Below, one piece after another: positions 37,083-47,962 of a stretch of DNA of 64,000 nucleotides; position 1 is the stretch's first letter; every line of letters begins with the position of its first letter. The notes beneath the pieces are model-generated. The model had not been told where the DNA came from. It did no database searches and saw nothing but the letters and a program-made list of their open reading frames with translations. The position numbers and the translations under genes are program-made. This DNA is from Blepharisma stoltei ATCC 30299 (taxonomy: Eukaryota > Protista > Ciliophora): assembly GCA_965603825.1 (NCBI GenBank), contig CBFDEM010000020.1, positions 1 through 64,000 of the forward strand, read 5' to 3'.

Positions 37083-38870
37083 TTACCCCAGCACGTCAGG
37101 AGTCAACTGTCCATCTGACAGCTCCCAATTCTGGTTTTCTCCAGGAGAGTCCAAAAAGTCCTGTGGCAATAATTCTGAGCAGCTATGCAATTCTTGGACT
37201 TCAGTTTCTTCAGTCCACCTCAATTGTCTAGGAGTATCAGACCCAGAGCTCATATCGCCTGGGCTCATCATATATTTCTGCATAACGGTGCTCAATGTAT
37301 GAGCTGGAGCTACTGACTGCTCTTTTGAAATTTCTTCTTCTCTATATTTCTTTTCCTCATGCCTCAATTTAGCTAATTTTTTAAGTTTTTCACTAAGGGA
37401 AAGCTCTTCTTGATCTGCCTCATATTTCAGTCAATTAAAAGCTTGCTCGTCGACTGGATTTTCAGTTTTCAGCTCTTCTTCAAGAGTTTCTAATGGGTTA
37501 TCACAAGAGCTGAAAACTGAAGGTTTTGGCTCTTTGTTCTCAAGTTTTTGATATTCTTCAAGCTTCGCTTGAAGTTGGGCTTTATTTGTTTCGAGGTACT
37601 CGATATATTGTTTTTGTTCTTTGCATTTCTGGAAATATGTGGGAGGCCTTACGTAGTATCTGAGCACTATTGAGTCATTTTTGCTGAGGTAGCCTTCTTC
37701 TTTTAACAAATCAATTTTGAAAAATTTATTATAGCCCCAGCATTCGCCAGACTCAAAATCTGAAGCAAATTCTCGGACCACACACAAGTTTGGGTCAGCG
37801 TGGTTCACCATTTCGACACGGTATTCGTAATTATTAGTATCTTGAAGCCCTTTAACCATTTCTAGAAAAACAGAAATGTAATGATTTCTTGCTACTCCAT
37901 TTCCATTTGGATACACTTTTAGCCTCCAAGAAATTCCACACACTTGCAAAAGGTCCGAATAAACCACTTCCGTAGTAGTCCTAAGCCTAGAAAAGTTATT
38001 TATTTCAAAAACCCCTGCATCATAAGCTGGCGAAATTTCTGATACAAATTCAACTGACACATTTTCATTCTGAAAATCCACAATCGGCTTATTTTTTATT
38101 TCTTTCAAAATATTCATAATTTCTGGGCTTTTTGATATCAATTTCGACTTGCAGCTCTGCTCCACCTGCTTGCTTATCTCATTTTTAATATTTTCAAGAT
38201 TATCAATTTCTTCACAAATAATATCCCTATGCTCATTAAATTTTTGTAATTTCCCTTGCAGCTGCATTTCCAGCTTATCTTTCATAGTCCCTACATATTG
38301 TATAAGCTCATTACTTTTGGTTTCTTGATTTTTTTTAACTTTTTCAATATTCTGATCAATTGTGTGCAAAATCACTGTCAATTCTTTCAGCCTTTTTCTA
38401 AGACCTTGGGCTTCTTGCTTGATAATTTCTACATGTTTGTCGTAGATAGGGGAAAGGTGTTTAAATTCATGGCCTTTGTGCTCCAGCCCAAACATAGCAC
38501 AGTCTGAACAAATAGCAAGAGAACAGGTGATACAAAAGTAATTCAAAGGAGCTGAATGGACTGAACATTTTTCGATTAGGTCTGGCTTGGCCACTTGGAG
38601 GCTTTCTAAAGCTTGAGAAATTTCAGCGACGAAACGGCAGCTTACAAGGTTTTGGGGTCTTAAAGGAGAACGGCAGTGAGGGCACTGAGAGCGTTGTTCT
38701 GTTAGCCATTTCACTATACAAGTGTAGCAGCATAGTTTTGAACATGATGGACACATTTTTGCGTCGACGACTCTTCCGAGACAGATAAAGCATTTTAAAA
38801 TTTCTTCGAAATTCGCGCAGTTGGCAAGTTGGCTTCCAAAGAAAAGTGATTCTTGGAGGGAATCGGACAT
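37083..38870 (-). CDS. TRIM37: TRIM37-like E3 ligase (RING, B-box, coiled coil, MATH), 595 aa
   Basis: CFIC..CPSCSKLCC..WLTEQRSQCPHCR, a B-box, and WRLKVYPNGNG..REFASDFESGECWGYNKF. Reads through TGA at 37431 into ORF 37083-37367. Confidence 0.92.
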
Positions 38871-39161
38871 TTTGAAAATTTAATTATTTCATATTCAAAA
38901 AGTTTATAACTTATTTTAAGAAAGTCAAAAATTGGGATTTAAATAATTTAGGGGAATCTTTCTAATCGAAATAAATTTAAAAAGACTTAAATAACTATTA
39001 AGTTTAGAAATGGCTCTGGGGTAATTATAAGAGATATATAATTGCAAAGAAAAAAGGATTTTTGGCATAGATTTATTGAATTATAAATTTTCTCTAGTAG
39101 TTATAATTGAGTTTTTTCTATGTAAACGCATTTCTTAAGAAATACTTTAAATTATGACCTC

Positions 39162-40301
39162 TTACCATTGAGTTGGTGTTACAGGCTGCACCTCATACTT
39201 TGCATCCCAAGCCAAATTCACGTGCCCCACAAGTTCCGGATTCCAGTTTTCTGGAGGTGATGGCAATGGCGCTGGGGCATATTCCGCAGGATATATCATC
39301 ACAGGCGTAGAAACAAAAGTACTGTCTCCGCAGCACATGCAGGTTCCATCCATTTCTGCTTCAACAGCCAAACTGTAGCTGCACTCAACTATTTTCCCTT
39401 TTGTAGTAAAATGCCCGACAATTTTATCTCTTGACTTGCTGAGATCCAAAGAAATATTTAGTGCTCTTTCTTGCAAAAGGGGGTCAGTCTCAGAGCTTCC
39501 ATCAACTCCTTCAGGAATTAGACACTCAGTGAATGATTCCACAATATTATCACTCAAAAGGTGATAATGGGTATAACTGGTGAGATTAAGGTCGATCAAA
39601 GAAGTAAGAGCAGATTCTTTTCCAGTTAATCTAACTTTTCTTGTTAAGACTGTTCTTATCTTTTTAACTTTTAGCTTGCTTAGTGAGTTATTCACGTCAA
39701 CAATCGCAGTTGCAATTTCATCTGGAGTGTAAAAGTCCTTAGCAAACCTTGCTTTAATTGAAAGCGCTCCTTTACTGACGCAACACCAAGTTGATATTTG
39801 AGCCGTTTTTTCGCACTCTATATTTTGGTTAATGCTTTCAGCTACTTGCTTGATTTCTATTTCTCGTTTGTTTTTAAAAAAAGCTTTTCCGCTCACAGGA
39901 ATTAGCTTTGCCCTCATCTCATATCTGATGAAAGCGCTAGTGCCGCTGCTAGCCGTAATACTAAATGAACCAGGAAGGTTATCTGGCAATTTAAAAGAAA
40001 AAGGAATTGTATAGCTTTGTACCGACTGAGAAGCGTCCAAAGCATAAATTTGATACTTGAAATTAGAAATGCAGTGTTTACCTTCATAAAATCTGAGATG
40101 CCTGTGCTTCCCTGAGCCTTTGTTTGTGCTCCAATGAGTGTATTCTTTTCCTTTGAAACCAAGAATAACTTGTGAATTTGGAATCGGATCATCAATTTGA
40201 AGGAAAATATTTCCAGACACAAATTCACCACCGACATAAGAAGATTTATCTGTTGAGATATGAAGGCCTCCTCTTATTGTTGACCCTTGACTATTGCCCA
40301 T
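39162..40301 (-). CDS. Arrestin-domain protein, paralogue 1 (MGNS myristoylation motif)
   Basis: FKGKE.T.W, PFSFKLP..LPGSF, IRYEMRAKL and a YTPDE C-domain. Confidence 0.88.
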   Translation of the reverse strand: MGNSQGSTIRGGLHISTDKSSYVGGEFVSGNIFLQIDDPIPNSQVILGFKGKEYTHWSTNKGSGKHRHLRFYEGKHCISNFKYQIYALDASQSVQSYTIPFSFKLPDNLPGSFSITASSGTSAFIRYEMRAKLIPVSGKAFFKNKREIEIKQVAESINQNIECEKTAQISTWCCVSKGALSIKARFAKDFYTPDEIATAIVDVNNSLSKLKVKKIRTVLTRKVRLTGKESALTSLIDLNLTSYTHYHLLSDNIVESFTECLIPEGVDGSSETDPLLQERALNISLDLSKSRDKIVGHFTTKGKIVECSYSLAVEAEMDGTCMCCGDSTFVSTPVMIYPAEYAPAPLPSPPENWNPELVGHVNLAWDAKYEVQPVTPTQW

Positions 40302-40857
40302 TAATTAATTTCTAATAAAACCTAAACAAAATTCCAAACTCTTTTAAATTCAAATTAATTTTTGGCAGAATTAAATTGATTTTTAATAGTAATAAACATT
40401 CAGTTTTATAGAATTTGCACAAGTTAAATAACTTGTTGTGTCTCAAAATCAACTTTCTATTAATTTTTTATTAAGCAGCCTTATAGGTTTATGATCTTTA
40501 ATCCTATATAAAGATGAGCGGAAAGTTACAATGTAAATTTTCTGAGTAACTATAAATTCTTTTTGGTTTTTATTTATATCAAAATCAACAAAATCCTGGT
40601 AAGGAAAATTGAAGAGTTACACAAATATATAGAATGCCTGACTTATGGCTTTTTATTTTGATGCTTTAAAATTTATTATCCAAAAATAAGTAAAATTCTT
40701 TTATAATTAAGTTGAAGTATAATAAAAATATTTTCTCAAGTTAATGATTTTGCCATCTTAAGCGGTTTAGCAATTTTATATTATAGATATTGGCTTTGGA
40801 TAAGAAATTTTAATTGAAGTAAAAATATATTTGATCTAAGTACTTTAAATTATGATC

Positions 40858-41991
40858 TTACTTAGTAGAAGGCTGAACCTCGTACCTTTGATCCCAAGCT
40901 AAATTTACTTGTCCTATAAGCTCAGGGTTCCAGTTTGCAGGAGGTGTTGGCAACGGCGCTGGAGCATATTCAGCAGGATATATCATTACTGGCGAAAATA
41001 CAGAAGGGCTATCACCACAGCACATGCAAGATCCATCCATTTCTGCCTCTATATTCAGACTGTAGCCACACTCTACAATAGTTCCTTTTGTAGTAAAATG
41101 GCCAATGATTTTATCTCTTGCCTGGGTAAGATCTAAAGCAATCTGCAATAATTTTCCCTGCAAAAGAGGATCTTTTTCAGAGCTTCCGTCACTTTTAATT
41201 CCTTCAGGAATCCCAGTTTCAGAAAACGCTTGCATAACAGTTTCACTATAAAAATGAGTATGGCCAGTATTCGTTAAATTGAGATTCATCACAGCACTGA
41301 ACCCTGTTTCTTTTCCATTTAATCTGACTTGTCTTATTAAGGATGCTTTTACTCTTTTAACTTTTAGCTGACTAAGGGAATTATTGATATCAGCAAGGAC
41401 AATGGCAATTTCATCAGGAGTGTAATAATCCTTAGCAATCCTTGCTTTGATGCCAATTTTTCCTTTACTGCAGCAACACCAAGTCGAAATTTGTGCTGTT
41501 TTTTCGCATACAATATTTTGATGAATACTTTCAGCTACTTGTTTAATTTCTATTGGGCATTTATTTTTTAAAAATGCTTTACCACTCATAGGAGCAAGCT
41601 TTGCTCTCATTTCGTACCTGATGAAAGCACTGGCGCGGTCATGTGAATAATTAAATGACCCAGGAAGGTGATCTGGGAGCTTAAAAGAAAAAGGAATTGT
41701 AAAGCTACGCATAGGCTGAGAAGCGTCTAAGGCATAAATTTGAAATTTAAAGTTAGAAATGTGGTGGTCGCCTTCATAGTTTCTCCAATGCTTATTCTTG
41801 CCTGAACCTCTTCTTTCGCTCCATTTCGTGGACTCTTTTCCTTTGAAGCCAAGAATGATTTTTGAAGGAGGTATTGCTTCTTGAATTTGGATAAAAATAT
41901 TACCAGTAACTATTTCACCGCCTATGTAGGAAGTTTTATCAGCTGATATTATAAGACCTCCTTTAATTGTTGATCCTTCACTATTACCCAT
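40858..41991 (-). CDS. Arrestin-domain protein, paralogue 2
   Basis: Collinear, highly similar tandem duplicate of 39162-40301. Confidence 0.88.
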   Translation of the reverse strand: MGNSEGSTIKGGLIISADKTSYIGGEIVTGNIFIQIQEAIPPSKIILGFKGKESTKWSERRGSGKNKHWRNYEGDHHISNFKFQIYALDASQPMRSFTIPFSFKLPDHLPGSFNYSHDRASAFIRYEMRAKLAPMSGKAFLKNKCPIEIKQVAESIHQNIVCEKTAQISTWCCCSKGKIGIKARIAKDYYTPDEIAIVLADINNSLSQLKVKRVKASLIRQVRLNGKETGFSAVMNLNLTNTGHTHFYSETVMQAFSETGIPEGIKSDGSSEKDPLLQGKLLQIALDLTQARDKIIGHFTTKGTIVECGYSLNIEAEMDGSCMCCGDSPSVFSPVMIYPAEYAPAPLPTPPANWNPELIGQVNLAWDQRYEVQPSTK

Positions 41992-42569
41992 TAATTATTT
42001 TCTAATAAAATCCAAATAAAAAATAAGCATTTTAGATAAACTAAACAGAAACTGCCTGCTCTAAGATTTAATTGAGTTGAATGCTTTTAAGGCAGAAAAA
42101 TTATATTTGTGAGTACTATAACTATCCTTATATAATGTAGGAATTACTCGGGAGTTATAAAGCTTGCTAGTAATAAACTTAATTTGTCACATGATAAAAT
42201 CTAAATCTGCTTATTTTTAGATATATATTCGCTATACATTTGTGTCGGTTATTTATCTTTTAAGGTTGTCCATATTTCTAATTAAATATAAATTTACCAT
42301 TTTATTTACAAGTGTTTTTTATATTAAATCTAAAAGCTATTAATTCAACGCAAAATCTATTATAAAATTATTTGGAAGGCCTAATTTTTTAAAAAATCCA
42401 AAATATTGATCTAATGTATATTGATATTAAAATTCGCATACCATTATAGTTGTTTTAGCAAAGAGACTTTTATTAATCAATTTTACAATAATTATTAATA
42501 GTTATATCAATTGGCCAAAATTCTTTTTTCTATTCCTTTCTGAAATGGATCTAAAAATAATTCTTCCAA

Positions 42570-43208
42570 ATGGGTTCTCATTTAACCAAAAGCAAAACGC
42601 CAGCATCATCCCAAAATCCTTTAAATTTTCCCGAAGAATGGCTTCGTATTGACTATGTATTCAGATGTCTCTCCACAAGAGAAGTAAAAATCCTTTTTTC
42701 TCATCTAGACTACACTCCAACTACGATAACAAACATCGGAAATGTAGATACTCCAATAATCTTCTACTGCATCTGTAATTCAAGGCTTAAAATATTAAAA
42801 TGCTTAGTAGAAGAACTAAACGCTGATTTACGCTTTGTTTACAAAGGAGAAACTGCTTTAACTACAGCTATCATCAACAACTGCTACGAAAGATTCCATT
42901 ATCTTATCACCCTACCAAGCATTGACATTAACCAAGTCACAACAACCAAAAGCAGCGCTATAATCCACGCTGCAAAGCCAGGGAAAGAAAAATTTTTTAC
43001 CGAATTGTGTGAAATTAACGTCAACCTAGACCCAATCGGCAAGCACAAAAATAAATCTGAGCTATCAAGATCAGCTGTAGACCATTGGTACACAAACCGG
43101 GTCATAAAAGTCCGATTGTTATTGTTTTGGAAGCCATTCCAAAAAGAAGAAAACATCCTCAAAAACTTGCCTCAGGCACTAGTGAGAGAAATCGCTGAAT
43201 ATATTTAA
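42570..43208 (+). CDS. Ankyrin-repeat protein with a C-terminal LP..L.REI..Y (SOCS/F-box-like) helix
   Basis: TPIIFY..ILKCLVEELNAD, GETALTTA and SAIIHAA ankyrin units. Confidence 0.75.
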   Translation: MGSHLTKSKTPASSQNPLNFPEEWLRIDYVFRCLSTREVKILFSHLDYTPTTITNIGNVDTPIIFYCICNSRLKILKCLVEELNADLRFVYKGETALTTAIINNCYERFHYLITLPSIDINQVTTTKSSAIIHAAKPGKEKFFTELCEINVNLDPIGKHKNKSELSRSAVDHWYTNRVIKVRLLLFWKPFQKEENILKNLPQALVREIAEYI

Positions 43209-43224
43209 TAGTATTTAAACAAAT

Positions 43225-45747
43225 TTATATTCTGAACCCTGAAAGTTTATTTTCGAGCTCAGTTTTATTGTCCTGCAACAAGTTCAGCCTAAGCCTTATT
43301 TCAGCTAAGCTGTTTTTTAACACCCCTCCTCCTTCTCTAAATGTAGGAGGAGTCTGATGTTCTTGCAGCTGGGCATGCTTCATTTGTAGCCTTGGTGACA
43401 AATAATTTTCACATTTTGTTTTGTGGACTGGAGAAACTGTTACAGTGGGCTCTATAGAATTGTTAAAAATTTTCCTATCGATTTCCATTGAAATGTTAGG
43501 AGACTCTAACGGCAAAGTTGTGTCTGGGCTTGCCCCGTTGTAACGGTCTGACATTCTGGCTCCCATAGGGGTGCTTAATAAATTAAGCGTCCTTTCTTTA
43601 TACTCTTTTGCCCTTTCTCGTAAATCTTTTTCTAGATTGGTAAACAGCTGCTTATTTTTTGATTCAGCTTCATTTAAATCCATTTTCAGCTTGCAGTTTT
43701 CTTTTTCTAAGTTTTGAATTTTTTGCTTGAATTCAATTATAGCTTTGTCTTGGCTTGCGATTTTATTTTGGTAATTTTCGCATTGTTCTGTTAGTAAAGT
43801 CATGGATTTTTCAATTTGGTCACATCTTTTGATGAGGTCTTCTGTGTCAGCAGCATTTTCTGCTGGTTTTGAATTTTTTCTGACCTCACTCCTGAGCAGC
43901 TCTGCTAGTTTTTCTTTTTGCTTGATGGTCTCTTCTAAGGTGATTTGGTCATTTTCTTTATTTGTCAAAAGCTTGCGGATTTCTTGGTCTTTTAGCTTTA
44001 TTTCATAAGCGTATTTTTCTTCAAGTTTTTGAAGTTCAGCCTCAAGCTTCACCCTGCTGCGGATTTCTTGCTCCCTTAAATTTTCAATATCTTTAAGCCT
44101 GTTTTCTAGCTTTTCAATAATTTTAGCGTCCGAATTTCTTTTTAGCTCCAAGCTCTGCTTGATGTCTTTTGCCTCTTTTTCTTTTTCTTCTGCTATGATT
44201 TTAAATCTTTGAATTTCTTTACTATGGATCTCATTTTGGTATTTACTGGTGTCGTTTACCCTCTGTAAAGCGATTCTCATGTCGCTTAATTCTCCTTCAA
44301 GCTCCCTTATTTTGACGCCACACTGATGCCTTTCAGTAGATTCCTGGTCTTTTTTCTTATGCTCGTATTCTTCTTTTTTAATATAAGAGCTTTCTAAATC
44401 TTCATGTTTTTTGGCTTCTCTTTTAATATTTCTGGATTTTGTGGCGTCGGTGTGGGAATCGTCAATAAAGCTGTTTTCTTTTTTGGTATAGACTTTTGAG
44501 GCTGAGGATCGGGCTGATTCAAGCTTGGAGGTATATTTTGAAGGTGTTTTAGGGCCAGAAATTTTAGGAGGAGATATATATCTTTTGACTGATTGAGCTC
44601 TGTCTTGCCCTTTTGCTACTAAAATAGGACTTTTTCTAGGCGATTTTACCTGTTCTCCATATATATCCTGCCCAAGTGCTAAGGCAAAATTTCCTCCACA
44701 AGACACCAAGCTGACTTGTCTCCCTGCAAGAATATTCAGCCTATTAATAGTAGCCCTCCTTTCATAGTCCCCAATGCCTAATTCTCCATTAGAGTTGCTT
44801 CCCCACGTTCAAATATTCCCAGCCTTATCTAAAACAGCCCCAAAAGTACCACCCAAGGTTAAATCTTTGATTTCTGGCAGCTCATTCAGCAGCTTAGGAG
44901 CCAGGCACTCTCCAAAAATGCCAGTCCCCCAGACATAAAGTTCACCAGTCTCAGAAATTGCGGCTGAATGGTAGCCACAGGCGACTTTTGCAATTCTTTC
45001 TCTATCCAGCCCATTGACCCTTATTGGTATACTTGAGCTTTTTTTGTTGCCAATCCCAAGCTGGCCAAAGGCGTTACCTCCCATAGCCAGAACAAACCCT
45101 GAGACAGTGACCACAATACTGTGATAAAGACCACAGGCTACTTGTTTTGGGGCATCAATCAAATTTATAAAAGCAGGCAAAAGCTCGTTTTCTCTTTTCC
45201 CAGTCCCCAGCTGGCCTGAATCTCCTGCTCCCCACATAAAAAGTGACTTATTCCTGTTATTTTCACAGATAATCCCTGTATGTCTGCTCCCACAACTTAC
45301 TTGTAAAGCTTTAAAGCCTTCATTTAAAGTGACATTTTCAGGAGTCCATCTGCATTGTGTATCTCCTAATCCTAAAGCTCCAAAATCCCCAGAACCCCAG
45401 GAAAATACTAATCCACCTTCAACAACAGCGGCTGAGTGCCCACCTCCACATGATACACTTATAGTCCTATATCCTGATAATTTGTCGACTAAACAAGGAG
45501 AGGAGCTCTGAGTCGTCGTTTTATCACCAATTCCAAGTCTCCCATTTAAATTACTGCCCATTGTATATAAGTAGCCTGTTCTTGACACAAAAGCAGCGTG
45601 CTCTTCTCCACACGAGACTTGTGATATTAATACATTAAATGTACAAAAGCGAGGAGAGCAATAAGTTTTGCCAGTTGTGTGTGAGCCTAAGCCAAGCTGT
45701 CCAGAGTTGTCATTTCCCCAACTAAAAACTTCAGTGTATCCTTCCAT
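43225..45747 (-). CDS. RCC1-repeat propeller plus coiled-coil protein (840 aa)
   Basis: Seven WG.N..GQLG / VSCG..H repeats. The two track ORFs join in frame through TGA at 44809; likely start MEGYTEVF at 45747. Confidence 0.9.
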
Positions 45748-45902
45748 CTCTAACGGTATGAAGATTTGATTTATGAAAATGGTTTGAATGTCTATACATT
45801 TGAAATTATTCAGCAATATGAATAAAAATATTTTATAATGTCTATAACTATAAAGAATCCTTTTAATACCAATAATAATCAAAGAAATATTAAATTACTG
45901 GA

Positions 45903-46883
45903 TTATTGCCTAATTCTTGATTGATCAGGAACCCAAAACAACAAGTTTTGACACCCTGATGTCAGCAGTGCATGCTCTCTGCTCCAAGCCAGACATGTAG
46001 GTGTTTTCGGGTGTCCTCTAAGTTCATGCACTTTTTCATAGGTATTCACATCAAAGAACACAATTGAGTTATTTTTTTCGTCCCCAGTTGTGATATACTT
46101 GCTATCTGGGCTAAAGCACGCCATCACCTTTCCATTCTCATTCTGAAAATCCTTAAAAATATGTTTCTTCTGGCCATCCAAAGCATCTAAAAGTAAAATC
46201 ATATTTTCCACTGTATATGCTAACAGATACTGCCCGTCCTCACTGAACTGTATCCCTTTAATCTCTGGACACTCCACTTCCCAGGTCGAAAAAGCGCCAT
46301 CTGCATAATTGTTGGCATCTATCAGCTTTATGTAATTTTTTGTCACATTTTGCGTCACCACTGGGTAAACCAATGCAAAAATTGCTCCAGACGGGTCAAA
46401 AGTGCACATTCCGCCAGCTGAGGCTTCTTTATAATCAAGCCTGCCAAGAGCCCTTCTACTTCTTAATTCCCATAAGAGCAGCAGCTTGTCTTTTGACGTC
46501 GAAATAAACATGTCGTTTTTCGGGCTCATATCAATAGAGGTGATATCGTCGCCGTGGCCTCTGAAATTGTGGATAATCCTGTTGTCGTATGAGCTCCAAT
46601 ATTTGACCAAATGCTCGTTGCCCTTTTTTGTGGAGCATAAGAAGGCGTTGTTGTGGTGAGTGAAGTGGACGTTCTCGACGCCATATTCTTTGTTGTAGAG
46701 AAGCTTGTCACGGGTTCCACGCTGGACATTGTAGATGTTGACGGAATCGTCGTCTGCGGAGGTGATCAGGAGGGAGCAGTCGTCGGAAAAACTGATAGAG
46801 TTGATGTCGCGCTGGGAGTCTTTGAAGACTTTGCCGATATCCATGCTTTGGATTACATTTTGTGTTAGCTCTATTGGCTCCAT
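45903..46883 (-). CDS. WDR82: WD40 protein WDR82/Swd2 (COMPASS subunit)
   Basis: KVFKD..INSISF..DDDSV.IY..KEYGV..FTH..FRGH..MSPKND.F.S pattern; likely start MEPIEL. Confidence 0.9.
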   Translation of the reverse strand: MEPIELTQNVIQSMDIGKVFKDSQRDINSISFSDDCSLLITSADDDSVNIYNVQRGTRDKLLYNKEYGVENVHFTHHNNAFLCSTKKGNEHLVKYWSSYDNRIIHNFRGHGDDITSIDMSPKNDMFISTSKDKLLLLWELRSRRALGRLDYKEASAGGMCTFDPSGAIFALVYPVVTQNVTKNYIKLIDANNYADGAFSTWEVECPEIKGIQFSEDGQYLLAYTVENMILLLDALDGQKKHIFKDFQNENGKVMACFSPDSKYITTGDEKNNSIVFFDVNTYEKVHELRGHPKTPTCLAWSREHALLTSGCQNLLFWVPDQSRIRQ

Positions 46884-47235
46884 TTTATTATAGACTAGAT
46901 ACAATTTTGAAAAACAAAGTCCCCGATAATAAATTTGTTGAGAATTGATTAAGTTAAGAGATTATTTGCAGTTTAGTAGTTTTAATGCTTCCTATAAGTT
47001 TGTAGAGACTTTTTACTTTTCTAATTATTTAATCTAAGATTCCAAAACATGAACTTTGCTGGAGGATAGGATTGATACACTTTATTATAAAAAATTAGAT
47101 GCTATCATTTAGTATTTTAAAAAAAGTGCTAATTAAGTTGAATTTTCATAAAATCAAATTAGATTTAATTGTTTAAACAAGCTTTGAAGCCGTATTTGTA
47201 TTAATTTTATTAAGCTTTCAGCCTCATATTAGTAT

Positions 47236-47914
47236 TTAAAATTTCTCTGTGATTTTACTATAATTTCTTCTGATATTTCAAACAACTTCTTCTGATGTAT
47301 TTCTAAAAACGTCATTTATATTTTCTCCAGTTAACGCACTGACTTCCATATATATCGCTGCCCATTTTTCTGCTTTTTCTCTAGCTTCTTCTTCACTAAT
47401 CTCTCTCACCAAGTCCTTTTTATTCCCTAATAAGGCAAAAACTGTCTCTTTTGCAGCAAAATTTTTCGCTCTGCTAAATCAATAATCAACATGTTCAAAG
47501 GTTTCCCTATTCGATAAGTCAAATACTATTATAGCGATATCTTTATTCTTATATGGCTTTTGATTTTTTTTTACGAATGCTCTGATATTCTGAGCCAAAA
47601 TTGATATGAAAATTAATTGAATTTTATGCTTATGATTCCTTGATATTCCAAAAAAAATTAAAAATGCATAAGCATATATAGTATACCTGTGGAAGCTTGC
47701 CAAATCTTTCTGATCCACTTGTATCTCAGACCATAAGTCTGACGATAAATTCTTTAAAACGCTCAAATTTCATTGTGAAAGAAGGAGGCACGCAATTGTA
47801 AAAGCCAGGTCTGAAAGCTCCTTCATCATATCTAACAAATAAACTTGACTTTCCAACAGTAGCATCCCCAATTAAAACAGCTCTTATACAGTAGTCATAT
47901 TCTCAATCAGCCAT
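47236..47914 (-). CDS. Atypical Rab-like GTPase A, interrupted by a 127-bp TA-bounded insert
   Basis: EYDY, GDATVGKS, W(TGA)DTSGSERF, IVFDLS, GNKKDL and EVSALTGEN. The frame is fully open only after removing 47554-47680. No C-terminal Cys. Confidence 0.8.
47550..47680. mobile_element. IES-like insert (127 bp plus one TATA direct repeat)
   Basis: TATA direct repeats at 47550-47553 and 47677-47680; imperfect terminal inverted repeat TATATG(G)CTT; AT-rich; contains an in-frame stop and shifts the frame; absent from paralogues at 51639 and 52409. Confidence 0.7.
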
Positions 47915-47962
47915 ATAAATAATATTTATAACTCATTTCTTATCTCTTCTGTCATTATCTTA

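Larger units (their letters stand above)
47072..47961. repeat. ~0.89-kb direct segmental duplication, copy 1 (copy 2 at ~50730-51613)
   Basis: Shared sequence from TGATACACTTT to TTATCTCTTCTGTCATTATCTT, covering the 3' flank, the Rab-like gene and the 5' flank. Confidence 0.92.

Noticed and set aside
45748-45882. N-terminal extensions given by the track (also 32566, 46904 and 60271 starts) and the many antisense or alternate-frame ORFs
   Set aside because: The extensions run through AT-rich intergenic DNA from non-ATG or upstream starts, and the antisense ORFs are shadows of real genes.
47557-47686. 130-nt GT-AG intron as the explanation of the Rab-like insert
   Set aside because: It would restore the frame but leaves the protein one residue shorter than both insert-free paralogues, and all clear introns here are 15 nt. 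Disfavoured, but not excluded without RNA data.
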